From assembly GCA_964016885.1 (NCBI GenBank), contig CAXHJY010001569.1, forward strand, positions 1-27,629: DNA of 27,629 bases, given 5' to 3'. Source of the DNA: Eledone cirrhosa (taxonomy: Eukaryota). A program made the translations under genes and the position numbers. This document shows, piece after piece, positions 1 to 12,399 of the stretch (the stretch's first letter is position 1; each line of letters begins with the position of its first letter). The notes beneath the pieces were generated by a model. It was not told the origin of the DNA. It did not search any database and worked only from the letters and a program-made list of their open reading frames with translations.

Positions 1-1595
<1,595 letters not shown>

Positions 1596-1660
1596 AAAAC
1601 TATCCTAAGGCTCTGAAACCACCAACACCAAAAACACAGAGCTGGCATATCTAAGAACTG

Positions 1661-1716
1661 ACTGCCTGATGAGGTCATATCCATTCAATGGCTATCATCG
1701 AAATATATGTAGCAGT
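1661..1716 (+). ncRNA. Minimal type I hammerhead ribozyme
   Basis: Stem I ACTGC(1661-1665)/GCAGT(1712-1716). Core CTGATGA at 1666-1672. Stem II GGT..ATC enclosing a CCAT/ATGG hairpin. GAAA at 1700-1703, short stem III with ATAT loop, GUA triplet at 1709-1711. Confidence 0.8.
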
Positions 1717-1757
1717 AAATCAAGGATTATGAGTTAATGCAATTGACTTATGTTTCG

Positions 1758-1788
<31 letters not shown>

Positions 1789-1795
<7 letters not shown>

Positions 1796-1888
1796 TGAGA
1801 TTCTACAGGACTAGAACTGTTTCTTTCTTTAGAAATCATGATTTCTAAAGAATGAAACAGTTCTAGTCCTGTAGAATCTCATCTATAT
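1789..1888. repeat. 100-bp near-perfect palindrome
   Basis: Arms mirror about TCATGA (1836-1841), with one mismatch (1824/1853). Confidence 0.95.
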
Positions 1889-2271
1889 TAAAACTTTTAT
1901 ACTCTGTTATGAATTGAGTACCTTACTTACTGTGGTTACCTCCGATTCAACCCGGAATAAGTTACCTATATATATATATATAGAGAGAGAGTATATACAC
2001 CACACATGTGTGTTTATACTTATGTATCTATATGTATGTGTATCTTCTATAATTCGTCTTAACTCCCTTATGTTTGAGAAAAAAAATTAGGCTGAAATAG
2101 TTTGCTTCTAGCAACTCTGTTACTCACCAACAGTCTACCCTTTACTACCCTTCTGGATGACCGTAAAACCACGTGATGTTTTTTTTTCCTTTCAAAAATT
2201 TCACTGGCACTGGCAACTTACTCTGAGGGTGTCCTTTGACAAGATGCAACCTCACAGCTTGAGTGTCCTTT

Positions 2272-2319
2272 AATTTCCCTTTAGCTGCATACCAGACGGC
2301 GAAACTGCAGTCGGAACTT
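2272..2319 (+). ncRNA. Decayed type I hammerhead (core broken)
   Basis: Stem I TTCC/GGAA, stem II GCTG/CGGC and GAAAC-TGCA-GTC are all present, but CTGATGA is replaced by CTTTA (2279-2283). Confidence 0.55.
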
Positions 2320-2739
2320 TGAAGAAAAATTACGTATATTTTTGTCTCTCCACACTTATAATCAGGTCTTCATTTCTTTAGACTTCTAATCATCGAATGA
2401 TCTATAGAACACTGTTGTTTAACCGAGTCATGCACGTGCGTATGTTTGTAGATGGATAAATAGATAGATACAGAGGCAGATAAATAAACATTCTCTAAAA
2501 ATAGAATTGATAAATGTGTCCGAACACGGAAGGGCCGAACTCCCACTGTCATCGCCTCCAGCTCTCTTGCCCTCCCCATCTCCCTGTATTATGAGCAAAT
2601 GGTGTCCCACGAGCTGGCCCCGGCGGACAGAATGGAGAAGGCGTTTCTCTGGAGGATGGTTATGGAGATGCACTGAAAGAGCCATAATTTTATATACACA
2701 CACACACACATATATATTTACTTACAAGGTATGGACATG

Positions 2740-3560
2740 AAAATGTACAACACCCTCATACTCAGAGACCTCAGAAAATTTCCAGGGAAATCCGCGAGGC
2801 CATCAATAAGTAGGCGAATGGGATTGAAAATAGGACGGAAACGAACCAACACAAGGAACCTAGGCTTACAATTAAGAATTATAAACTAAACATTGAATCT
2901 GACTCCCCGGTTAGACTTATAGCTCCTACGTCTGATATAGGAATAATTAGCAAAGACATTCTGGATAGGATTCTGACGACGTTAAGAAACAGGACACAGT
3001 TGCAACTATGGTTTATACACTTACCTGATAAGAATAAGACTAGTTTCATTCAATTAAATGTTGCTAGCTACTACTCTTCGATGTTGCCCGTAAAACCGAA
3101 CAAGGCTCTTATAAATACTAAGAGACACACTAACCCAACCCTCGATGAAGTGGAGATCATTTACGCTGCTAGGAGGACCTTAATCTGTTTTGATGGGGAC
3201 CTCTAGACCAGAAGTCATAAACCCAACAGCTTCGACATCATTATGGGTTCCAGCGACTCCGTACAGGTGATAGACCTAGTTGAGTTATTCATTTCATTCT
3301 TAAGCAAGTTAAGGATGTAAATTTCCAACCTAGGCGTTAGTTTCTACCACGATGATGCCATCTTCACACTTATTGACCATAACACGAATATACTAGAGAG
3401 AATGAAGAAGAGGATTGGATACTTATTTAGAAATACGGAACTTAGGCTAGAAATAGAACCCAATAGAAAAATAATTAACTTTTTGGAGACCACCTTAAAC
3501 CTCAATACGAAATTATACTAGAGTTTATACTACCTTTACCATAAACCTAATGATTCTCAT
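2740..3560 (+). mobile_element. Penelope-like retroelement, reverse transcriptase fragment (pseudogenised)
   Basis: Translated pieces PVRLIAPTSDIGIISKDILDRI..LQLWF..SFIQLNVASYYSS..FDIIMGS..SFYHDDAI..INFLETTLNL..YHKPND resemble PLE RT motifs (RLINP, FDI..FYPSI, MGS, YRDD, FLDVT, YRKP). Interrupted by stops and frameshifts. Confidence 0.75.
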
Positions 3561-3965
3561 TTACGCTTATCTTCCTATTACACCGTGTAACAAAAAAAAA
3601 AAATGTTTCTCTGTTCCTGGCTTGTAATCACTTTTTTTGTGTTGCTTAGGTCTCAAAAATAAAAAAAAAGTGCTATTAAACAGTTAAAAGTTTGGGTTTG
3701 TAAAAATTCTAAGCTATTCACTAGAATTATTTGTATGCTGGATTTTACATTGTATGTAAGTTTAATTTGCTTATGTTAAATGATTTTTTTAAATATATGT
3801 TTCAGGTTAAATTAAAATTATAAAATAAAGAGTAAGACCTAAAGAAAATTATAAAAGTGCAATAAAGTATAAAATTGTTAAAAAATGGATTAAAGAGATT
3901 TATTGATACTGAATTTTCGCACCCTGAATAAAGGGTAAGTTGTGTTTTAAGCATTCGTCTCCAGG

Positions 3966-4990
3966 ATGAAGCAGTGTAACTTAGTCAAGGAGGAAGTGCA
4001 GGTGACAAGTCAGAGAAGTCGACACAAACCTTTCTCAGGCTTTTACACTCTTAGGGATGGCCTTGGCATCTGCCATGACATGCCTGGACTGTTCGACGTT
4101 ATTGGGGTGCCGTTTGTGCCCAAGGAGTGGCGGCTATTTATAGACAGCTTCACCACAAGTTTGAAGGCTGTCCTCCTCCACAATGGAAACAAGTTCTCGA
4201 CACTGCCCCTAGCTCCTTCAGTTTGCCTGAAGGAAGATTACTACAGTGTGAAAGTCCTCTTGGAAGCTCTGCAATACAACCAGTACAATTGGGAAATCAT
4301 TGGAGACTTCAAGATGGTGGATTTCCTGCTTGGACTCCAAGGAGGCTTTATCAAATTCCAATGCTTCCTCTGCCTTTGGGACAGCAGAGCCACCTCTGAC
4401 CACTACAAAAGAAAGAACTGGGAGCAGCGAACAGAATTTGTAGTCGGGACCTAGAACGTCATGTGGGAGCCACTGGTTGATCCCAGGATTGTGCTCATGC
4501 CACCACTGCACATTAAGTTGGGGTTGATGAAGCAGTTTGTGAAGGCTCTCAACCAAGAATCAGCTGCTTTCAAGTACCTTCTTGAGTTCTTCCCCAAGTT
4601 ATCTGAGGCGGAATTTTTGTAGGACCTCAAATAAAGGTGTTTGAGTCTACCAAGTTCGCCAATAAGCTCAATAGGATTGAGAGAACAGCGTGGAACTGTT
4701 TCAAGGCAGTTGTTAAGGGTTTCCTGGGCAACTTCAAAGCTGAAAACTACCAGCAACTGGTGCAGGATCTGATAAAGGCTTTTGGCGCCATGGGATGCAG
4801 GATGTAGCTTAAAATCCATATGCTGGACGCTCACCTAAGGACAATATGGGCGTCTACTCAGAAGAACAAGGCGAACGATTCCACCAAGATGTGAAAGAGA
4901 TAGAGCGGAGGTACCAGGGCCACTACAATGAAAAAATGATAGGGGACTATATCTGGGGGCTAGTGCGGGAATGCGACCTGGACTACAACT
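3966..4990 (+). pseudogene. Chapaev3-like transposase pseudogene
   Basis: Motifs EWRLFIDS..SLKAVLLHNGN..GDFKMV..LLGLQGG..CFLCLWDSR, PPLHIKLGLMKQFVKAL, LKIHMLDAHL and SEEQGERFHQD. In-frame TAG at 4452-4454 plus further frameshifts and stops. Confidence 0.85.
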
Positions 4991-5117
4991 CTATTGATTT
5001 AATTATATGAACTGATAAATTTTAAAAAAATGTTTTTTCTTGAAAAATATGAAAATTTCGAAATATCAAACTCCTGACCACAAACCCAAACTTTTGATTA
5101 AATAAGTGTTTTTTTAT

Positions 5118-5263
5118 AATAATTGGTTCTACTTTTGGCACAAGGCCAGCAAATTACTGGTACTTTATTTTATCGACCTCAGCAGGATTTGAACTCAGAC
5201 TGGAAAGGGACGTAACTATGCTAGAAAGCATGGCGTCCAACCCTCTACTGATACTGCCAATTC
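5118..5263 (-). mobile_element. SINE family A copy nested in the Chapaev3 element
   Basis: Shares GGTACTTTATTTTATCGACC, GGATTTGAACTCAGA (B-box-like on the minus strand) and CACAAGGCCAGCAA with copies at 7626, 8148, 11003, 14820 and 15207. Confidence 0.75.
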
Positions 5264-5317
5264 AAACTATGAAATGACCCTTAGAACCAGGGAACAAAAA
5301 AATGTTACACGGTGTTA

Positions 5318-5501
5318 TCTATATATACAAAAGATGTTCATTGGTTGGTTGGTTGAATTACACGAAAACTAGTTTACTCCCCCAGCCTAATAAGGAAGTT
5401 TTATGATTGTTTTGTTTGTCTCTCTCACCTCATACCAGACAACACATCCAATAGTCGTTCTCTGAACCATTCTCCTGGGCGAAGCCTGGTACCTCAGCTA
5501 G
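5318..5501 (+). mobile_element. Short non-autonomous Helitron
   Basis: Starts TCTATATATACAAAA after an A. Internal (GTTG)n/GTTT repeats, subterminal hairpin CTGGGC-GAA-GCCTGG, ends CTAG followed by T (A|T target, no TSD). Confidence 0.65.
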
Positions 5502-5612
5502 TATATGGTTCTATTATTATCCCTATCAGGTTCTCAGTGGGCCCTACCACACACTAGGGGGGTATTTGCCTATATATATTTTTTAACGGTGCACGCGAAT
5601 CATTCCGTCAAG

Positions 5613-5678
5613 TTAAGTCTGATGAGCTTTTGCTTCGAGCTGATCAATCGCGAAACGTACGTCACACCTGAAACTTAA
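5613..5678 (+). ncRNA. Type I hammerhead with intact core and interrupted stem I
   Basis: CTGATGA at 5619-5625, GC..GC closing stem II, GAAAC-GTAC-GTC (palindromic stem III, GUC triplet at 5661-5663). TTAAGT/ACTTAA pairing is displaced by about 9 nt. Confidence 0.6.
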
Positions 5679-5950
5679 TATTTAAAATGCATGGAGATTG
5701 TAGCTATCTTATTTGAATAAATTTTCACGAGTGGCGTTATACAAAGCGAAACAAGCCAATATAAACTGTTTAAATAGTTACCAGGGATTGCTTGGATCCC
5801 TTCCGCATGATCGGCGGACAATGGCCGCAGTGCCCTAGACCCAATCACCCTCCCGGTTTCTTTTTCTCTATATTATCCTATTAAACTGTATTTACGATAT
5901 ATTCCATATTTAAATAGATAATCGGTAGTCACTTTCATAAGAATATGGAT

Positions 5951-5966
5951 GGTCCTTAAAAGGACC
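5951..5966 (-). promoter_or_regulatory. Histone 3' stem-loop (H2B)
   Basis: Minus strand AAAC-GGTCCT-TTTA-AGGACC-ATCCA, followed by purine-rich GAAAGTG (HDE-like). Confidence 0.95.
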
Positions 5967-5990
5967 GTTTTTTTAAAAACAGCAATCAAT

Positions 5991-6368
5991 TTACTTGCTG
6001 CTGGTGTACTTGGTGACAGCCTTGGTACCCTCAGAGACGGCGTGCTTAGCTAACTCACCAGGGAGAAGAAGACGGACAGCAGTCTGTACCTCGCGGCTAC
6101 TGATGGTAGATCGTTTGTTGTAGTGAGCCAAACGGCTAGATTCAGAAGCAATTCTTTCGAAAAGATCGTTGACAAAACTGTTCATGATAGACATAGCTTT
6201 GCTGGAGATACCAGTGTCGGGATGGACTTGTTTCATCACTTTGTAGATGTAGATGGAATAACTTTCCTTCCTCTTCTTCTTGCGTTTCTTGTCACCTGCG
6301 GGACGAGGTGTTTTAGTCTTAGTGGCCTTCTTGGCGCCCTTGGAGGGTGCTGCGGCTGCTGGTGGCAT
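5991..6368 (-). CDS. H2B: Histone H2B
   Basis: Intronless 125-aa ORF with [26 protein letters not shown]...[13 protein letters not shown], plus a downstream stem-loop. Confidence 0.99.
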   Translation of the reverse strand: MPPAAAAPSKGAKKATKTKTPRPAGDKKRKKKRKESYSIYIYKVMKQVHPDTGISSKAMSIMNSFVNDLFERIASESSRLAHYNKRSTISSREVQTAVRLLLPGELAKHAVSEGTKAVTKYTSSK

Positions 6369-6656
6369 GATTAACTAAGCGAAATAGTCAATAACAAATG
6401 GTAACTGTGTAGATTTTCACAATTATATTTATAGTTGACAGATAGGCTCACCAGCTCAGTTTATCTAAACAAGTTAGTTCTTTGCAATTTCATTGGTGGA
6501 AATTAACTGTTCTAGAAACCACGTGACCTGATTAAACAGTTTCGCGCTTCTTTAAATGTTGACACTGTCTGTAGTCTATTGTTGGGTATTTAAAGGCAGA
6601 AAGCAGAGCTTTAGTTTATTCTCGTCATTTTCATCAACTACATTTAACGTATCATC
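6369..6656. promoter_or_regulatory. Bidirectional H2B/H2A promoter
   Basis: TATA-like boxes facing each gene (TATAAATA on minus at ~6426-6433; TATTTAAA at ~6587-6594), ATTGG (CCAAT), TAACTGTT, CACGTGA at 6520 and E2F-like TTTCGCGC at 6540-6547. Confidence 0.7.
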
Positions 6657-7034
6657 ATGTCAGGACGTGGTAAAGGAGGTAAAGTGAAGGGAAAGAGCAA
6701 GACTCGTTCATCTCGTGCCGGACTTCAATTCCCCGTCGGCCGTATCCACCGTCTTCTCCGTAAAGGAAACTATGCCCAACGTATTGGTGCCGGTGCTCCA
6801 GTCTACTTGGCCGCTGTAATGGAATATTTGGCTGCTGAAGTGTTGGAATTGGCAGGAAATGCTGCCAGAGACAACAAGAAATCCAGAATTATTCCCCGTC
6901 ATTTGCAATTGGCCATCCGTAATGACGAAGAGTTGAACAAACTTTTGTCCGGAGTGACCATCGCCCAGGGCGGTGTTCTTCCCAACATCCAGGCTGTACT
7001 TCTCCCCAAGAAGACCCAGAAAGCCGCCAAGTAA
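6657..7034 (+). CDS. H2A: Histone H2A (canonical type)
   Basis: 125-aa [30 protein letters not shown]; no SQ(E/D)Y tail, so not H2A.X. Confidence 0.99.
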   Translation: MSGRGKGGKVKGKSKTRSSRAGLQFPVGRIHRLLRKGNYAQRIGAGAPVYLAAVMEYLAAEVLELAGNAARDNKKSRIIPRHLQLAIRNDEELNKLLSGVTIAQGGVLPNIQAVLLPKKTQKAAK

Positions 7035-7053
7035 ATACACTTTCTCTACTAAC

Positions 7054-7069
7054 GGCCCTTTTTAGGGCC
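7054..7069 (+). promoter_or_regulatory. Histone 3' stem-loop (H2A)
   Basis: AAC-GGCCCT-TTTT-AGGGCC, about 20 nt after the stop codon. Confidence 0.93.
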
Positions 7070-7625
7070 TCTAAACTTTACGTATTGTTTACTGCCTGTT
7101 ATTCATTGACTGCGATTTTTTAAATTTTTCATAGCTTCCCAGCCAGTGAATGCTTGGTGTATAAATACATTAGAATAACATTTAAGTCTTGAATTTAATG
7201 GCAATTTCGATACACTCCCTTATAAATGTATATTGTAGCTAGTTTCACTTTGAAATGGATTTCATTTTCCGCCCAGTATTTTATAAACATTTAACTCCCC
7301 ACCCTATATAAATATCAAATCCATTAAACAAAAAACGTCAAAGTATCAGAAAATGCTTGACGATCGTTGTACTTCATAGTTATAAAACCCGTTAATAAAA
7401 TAAACAAAGGGAGGCAACTCTTATTTACTAGGTATATAGCTTAAATAAAATTCAAGCAATTCGGGGTGGTGGAGGTTAAATTGTCCCCCCAGGACTTATT
7501 TCGTTGGGGCAGTTTGTTCGATGTTGCCAATCTATCGCTCTAGGACTTTTTACAGAAATGAACAAGTTAAATACTTTCAAATGTAAATCCGAAGAAAATA
7601 AGTCACATTACGAAGAAATCCATCA

Positions 7626-7820
7626 CCGTTGACTTTGCCTTTCTTCCTTACGGGGTCGATAAAATAAAGTACCAATAATGCACTGGTTAATTGCTGGCCT
7701 TGTGCCAAAAGTAGATACAATTATAAAAAAAAAAAAAACTTATTTAATCAGTTTGATATTTCGAAATTTCTATATTTTTCAAGAAAAACATTTTTTTAAA
7801 ATTTATCAGTTCATATAATT
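7626..7820. mobile_element. Inverted partial copy of the Chapaev3 subterminal region plus its SINE insertion
   Basis: 7724-7820 is the reverse complement of ~5001-5117 (with a small deletion) and continues into SINE A at the same junction as at 5118. Confidence 0.8.
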
Positions 7821-8181
7821 TAGCAAAATACTTTTCCAACTATACTCACCACGCTGAATTATATAAGGATATTGGATTCTCTAAAGAAACGCAAAACTTA
7901 TATTTACACTAAGAATCGTAAAAATAATTTCCAGAATCTCTAATAAGGAACGTCTGAGAAGGCGGCGAATTGGCAGTGGTCGTGTCGAATGTTTATCAGT
8001 TCATATAATTTAGCAAAATACTTTTCCAACTATACTCACCACGCTGAATTATATAAGGATATTGGATTCTCTAAAGAAATGCAAAACTTATATTTACACT
8101 AAGAATCGTAAAAATAATTTCCAGAATCTCTAATAAGGAACGTCTGAGAAGGCGGCGAATTGGCAGTGGTCGTGTCGAATG
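7802..8181. repeat. 190-bp tandem duplication
   Basis: 7802-7991 and 7992-8181 are identical apart from C7890/T8080 by eye; TTT microhomology at the junction. Confidence 0.95.
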
Positions 8182-8549
8182 TTTTTGCAGTATTAGTTTC
8201 GGCTCTCTCAACCATGCCTTCATTTGAGGTCGATAAAAAAGTACCAGTCGCTTGTTCTACTTATCACTATCCTCTGGAAAAAACCTGCAGTCAGACATTG
8301 GGACCCGCCAGGTTTAAGGAGTTACGGGTCCATAAATTAATTACATGTATACAAAGCTACGAAGAATGATATCAATCGGTTGTTACAAAAAATACGTTAG
8401 ATTAAATGTGTAACAATGCAAAAAGCCATATAATTAAGTGAACAGCTTGAAATAAACGAAAATGTACATATAGGATTAATAAAGAGTAATTTAACCAAGT
8501 AACTTGCACATCTTAAAATAGGCTGAAAATACTTTGGATATAACATAGG

Positions 8550-8565
8550 GGCCCTGAAAAGGGCC
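8550..8565 (-). promoter_or_regulatory. Histone 3' stem-loop (H3)
   Basis: Minus strand AAAAT-GGCCCT-TTTC-AGGGCC, with downstream CAAAGTA. Confidence 0.95.
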
Positions 8566-8589
8566 ATTTTTACGATGTTTACTAACATC

Positions 8590-9617
<1,028 letters not shown>

Positions 9618-9645
9618 GCTAAACATCAGGTTTTCCCATATCACC

Positions 9646-9661
9646 GGCCCTTTTCAGGGCC
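9646..9661 (+). promoter_or_regulatory. Histone 3' stem-loop (H4)
   Basis: ACC-GGCCCT-TTTC-AGGGCC-ACTCA followed by GAAAAGT (HDE-like). Confidence 0.95.
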
Positions 9662-10880
9662 ACTCATATTTTCAGAAAAGTTACCTCTTCTATTATTGAT
9701 GCGGTTTTTTTAAAATTTTATTTACAAGCATTTCGTATGGTTACTTACCTGGTACAAATATTTATATATATGTATCTAGTGTAAATATTTTCGTCAAAAG
9801 GTGTATCGGCCTTTGTGAATCTACTAATATAAAAATCGATAGATTCTAAACTGATTCTTGTTCACCCACCCATAACGGAAGGAAAAAAAGCTCTAGTATA
9901 AATGAAAACGTCTTCGTTCGTGCTAGAAACTGCTTTTATATTCAATATAAATTTACATCATTGAATTTTTGTAGCGTAATAAACTTAGGAAACTGGATCT
10001 CCATACATTAATTTCAGAATTTTTGTTTTGCTTTTTCATACTAGCATAAGTAAATCAAAATTGCTCAATGATGGATGAACACCGTTGTCCATAATTGCCA
10101 ATTTTAAAGCCTTATTTATTTCGAGTAAGTTTTAGAAAAACACCCGCAGGGGTTCGATGAGAAATTGTTTTTTTTTTTTTTCCCTAGGCTTTTCGTGTTT
10201 TCAGTTAACCGACTTTTTCTTGTTAAAAACGGGAGGGAGGAAGAACTGGAGTTTTCCTTAGGAAATTTTTTTACTCAGTGTTTTCAAAGTTGGAAACCAC
10301 TCCTTTTTAGAAAAGGAGGGGTTTTTTTTCGTGTTTTCAACGAATCTAACCTGAACTCGTGCACACATTTGTTTCTCGTTTATTTATTTTTTCTTTGAAG
10401 TCGCTATACAGATTGTATGTTCGACTATCTCTCAATCTTTCGTTTTAGTACGTAAAATAAAACTTTCGAATATGTTTAAATTTCATTAAGTTTCGGTTTC
10501 CGTCAGTTTAAATATCATTAGGGTTATTATCCTTTGTGAGATTTCGTTTCTTTTGAAATAAATTTTTGTTTTTCTGGATTTTTTTTTTATTTACGTACCT
10601 AAAACGAAAGATTACCCTCTATCAATTTGCCGAACACTCAAATACATATATATATTTGTGTATTAAGCACGTATGTGTGCATATACTTTTGTATATATGT
10701 ATATATTTGTCCGGGAACATGTGTACTACATGTCAAGTGATCACATTCTATATATTTAGATAGCATATATTATGTTGGTGTAAGTCTCAAATAAATTGAT
10801 AAACTGCAACTTCAATGACTTTGTTCCTCGGTGCCTCCTCTTCATTCTGGTCTTGTTTTGTCTACTCCATCTTGTCAATG

Positions 10881-11202
10881 ATATTAAATAAATGGAAACT
10901 ATTTATAAAACCAAATTTATTCTATTATATATATTTCAAGGGTACCAACACTTTGGTACGCCCTCATCAGAAGTTTTGGTACCCTTGAAATATATATATA
11001 TAATTGTTTCTACTTTTAACACAAGGCCAGCAATTACCCAGTGCATTACTGGTACTTTATTTTATCGACCCCGTAAGGATGAAAGGCAAAGTCAACCTCG
11101 GCGGGATTTGAACTCAGATCGTAAAGGGACGTAACTATGCTGGAAAGCATGGCGTCCGACCCTCTACCGATACTGCCAATATAGTTTCCATTTATTTAAT
11201 AT
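10881..11202. repeat. Nested inverted repeat (foldback) with a hammerhead-like core and a SINE in the right arm
   Basis: Perfect 22-bp IR at 10881-10902/11181-11202; inner IR at ~10927-10949/10976-10998. The minus strand reads CTGATGA-GGGCGTACCAA..TTGGTACCCTT-GAAA-TATATATA. Confidence 0.8.
11003..11180 (-). mobile_element. SINE family A copy
   Basis: Closely matches 5118-5263 (AAAGGGACGTAACTATGCT..GCATGGCGTCC..GATACTGCCAAT). Confidence 0.8.
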
Positions 11203-11554
11203 TGAATATTATACTCCAGAAATCTTGTCGAGTGCTGAATCGGTTATAAACATTTATATTTGTTGAATTACCAACAAATTGAATATCCCTTTTGCTTATA
11301 TATATTGTAGGATAAGTATTTACCCTTAATTTCATTCTGAGTTAAGACTATTGGCTTTTCCCCTGGATTACACAAAATCTGTGGATAAAATTTCTGTCTT
11401 GACTTTTTTTAATTGAGATTGAATTATTTTCCCATATCTTACGTTAAATATTTTTCATCTTGGCGTAATAGTCACTTATATGTCTGAATTACTGTTGGCT
11501 TCTTGCTCACATTAATTTCTCTATTTTCATTTATATATATATATATATATATAT

Positions 11555-11790
11555 CATTGTTTAATATCAATTTTCCATGCTTGCATGAGGTAAGTCAGGT
11601 CAGGTGACCATACTTTGCTCATATTGAACTGTTTTGGGCTTAGTTTCTGTAGTTGGATGTCCTTCCTAATGCCGACCACATTTGGAGTGTGGACTGGGTG
11701 CTTTTTCGTCATGATACCAACACCACCACTTAACAGGTTGGGCAAGGTGCTTTTTGTCTTATCACCAGCATGGTCACCTTACAAGGTGGA
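11555..11790 (-). mobile_element. RTE LINE 3'-tail fragment
   Basis: Matches the 3' UTR of the LINE at 18434-18700 (TTTCCATGCT.GCATG, G.TGGATG.CCTTCCTAA, AGTGTGGACTGGG). Confidence 0.7.
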
Positions 11791-12074
11791 CTGAGTGCTG
11801 TTGTTGCAGCAGACCTATCACCATACAGAGTGGAGTAGGTGCTTTTGGCTGCAGTACTATGGGAGAGCAGGTGTAGAGTATATCCAGCTTCCCATGAATG
11901 AATTGGGCAGATGTATCGAGGGTGTAGAAGAAAGGGGTTGGGGGATGTGAGTGAGGGTTGTGTCTAAAGTGGGATACTTTGTTGGAGACAGCAAGGAAAG
12001 ATGGATTAGTACTAAGATGGGGGAGGTTGTGCAGACTAGTGTTTTCTGCATGCTTGTTTCATCATGTGTACACA

Positions 12075-12325
12075 GGAAGGCGGTGGAGGGGTGTTGAACT
12101 AATGATCATAAATTCGTGGGTTCGATTCCTGGACTGAATTGAGTGTTGTATTCTTGAGTAAATAACTTAATTTCACGTTGCTCCAGTATATTTAGCCGAA
12201 AATGAGTTCCAGCAATAGCTTGCGATGGACTGGCATCCTGTCCAGAGGAGAGTTTTGCACTCTCATTCACTTCATGCCATGGAAACTGGAATAAGCACAG
12301 GCCTGATGAGCATTCTGCCCCTATA
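12075..12325 (+). mobile_element. SINE family B copy (tRNA-like head)
   Basis: B-box GGTTCGATTCC followed by the core TCTTGAG.AA..ACTT..TTTCACGTTGCTCCAG, shared with the minus-strand copies at 26400-26910 and 27310-27476. Confidence 0.65.
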
Positions 12326-12399
12326 TGGAAGGTGGGTTTCTGCAGTACATCATAACGCCAGAGATCTCGATCCTGTTTTATCTTCTACGGTGAGGTTTA

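Larger units (their letters stand above)
3581..5314 (+). mobile_element. Chapaev3-type (CMC) DNA transposon, defective
   Basis: Termini CACCGTGTAACA...TGTTACACGGTG with a 3-bp TTA duplication (3578-3580 and 5315-5317). Internal transposase homology; SINE inserted near the right end. Confidence 0.85.

Noticed and set aside
10165-10398. Possible histone H1 next to H4
   Set aside because: No winged-helix or K/A/P-rich ORF on either strand and no histone stem-loop.
12302-12330. CTGATGAG as a hammerhead core
   Set aside because: Lies in a SINE tail, with no suitably placed GAAA or stems.
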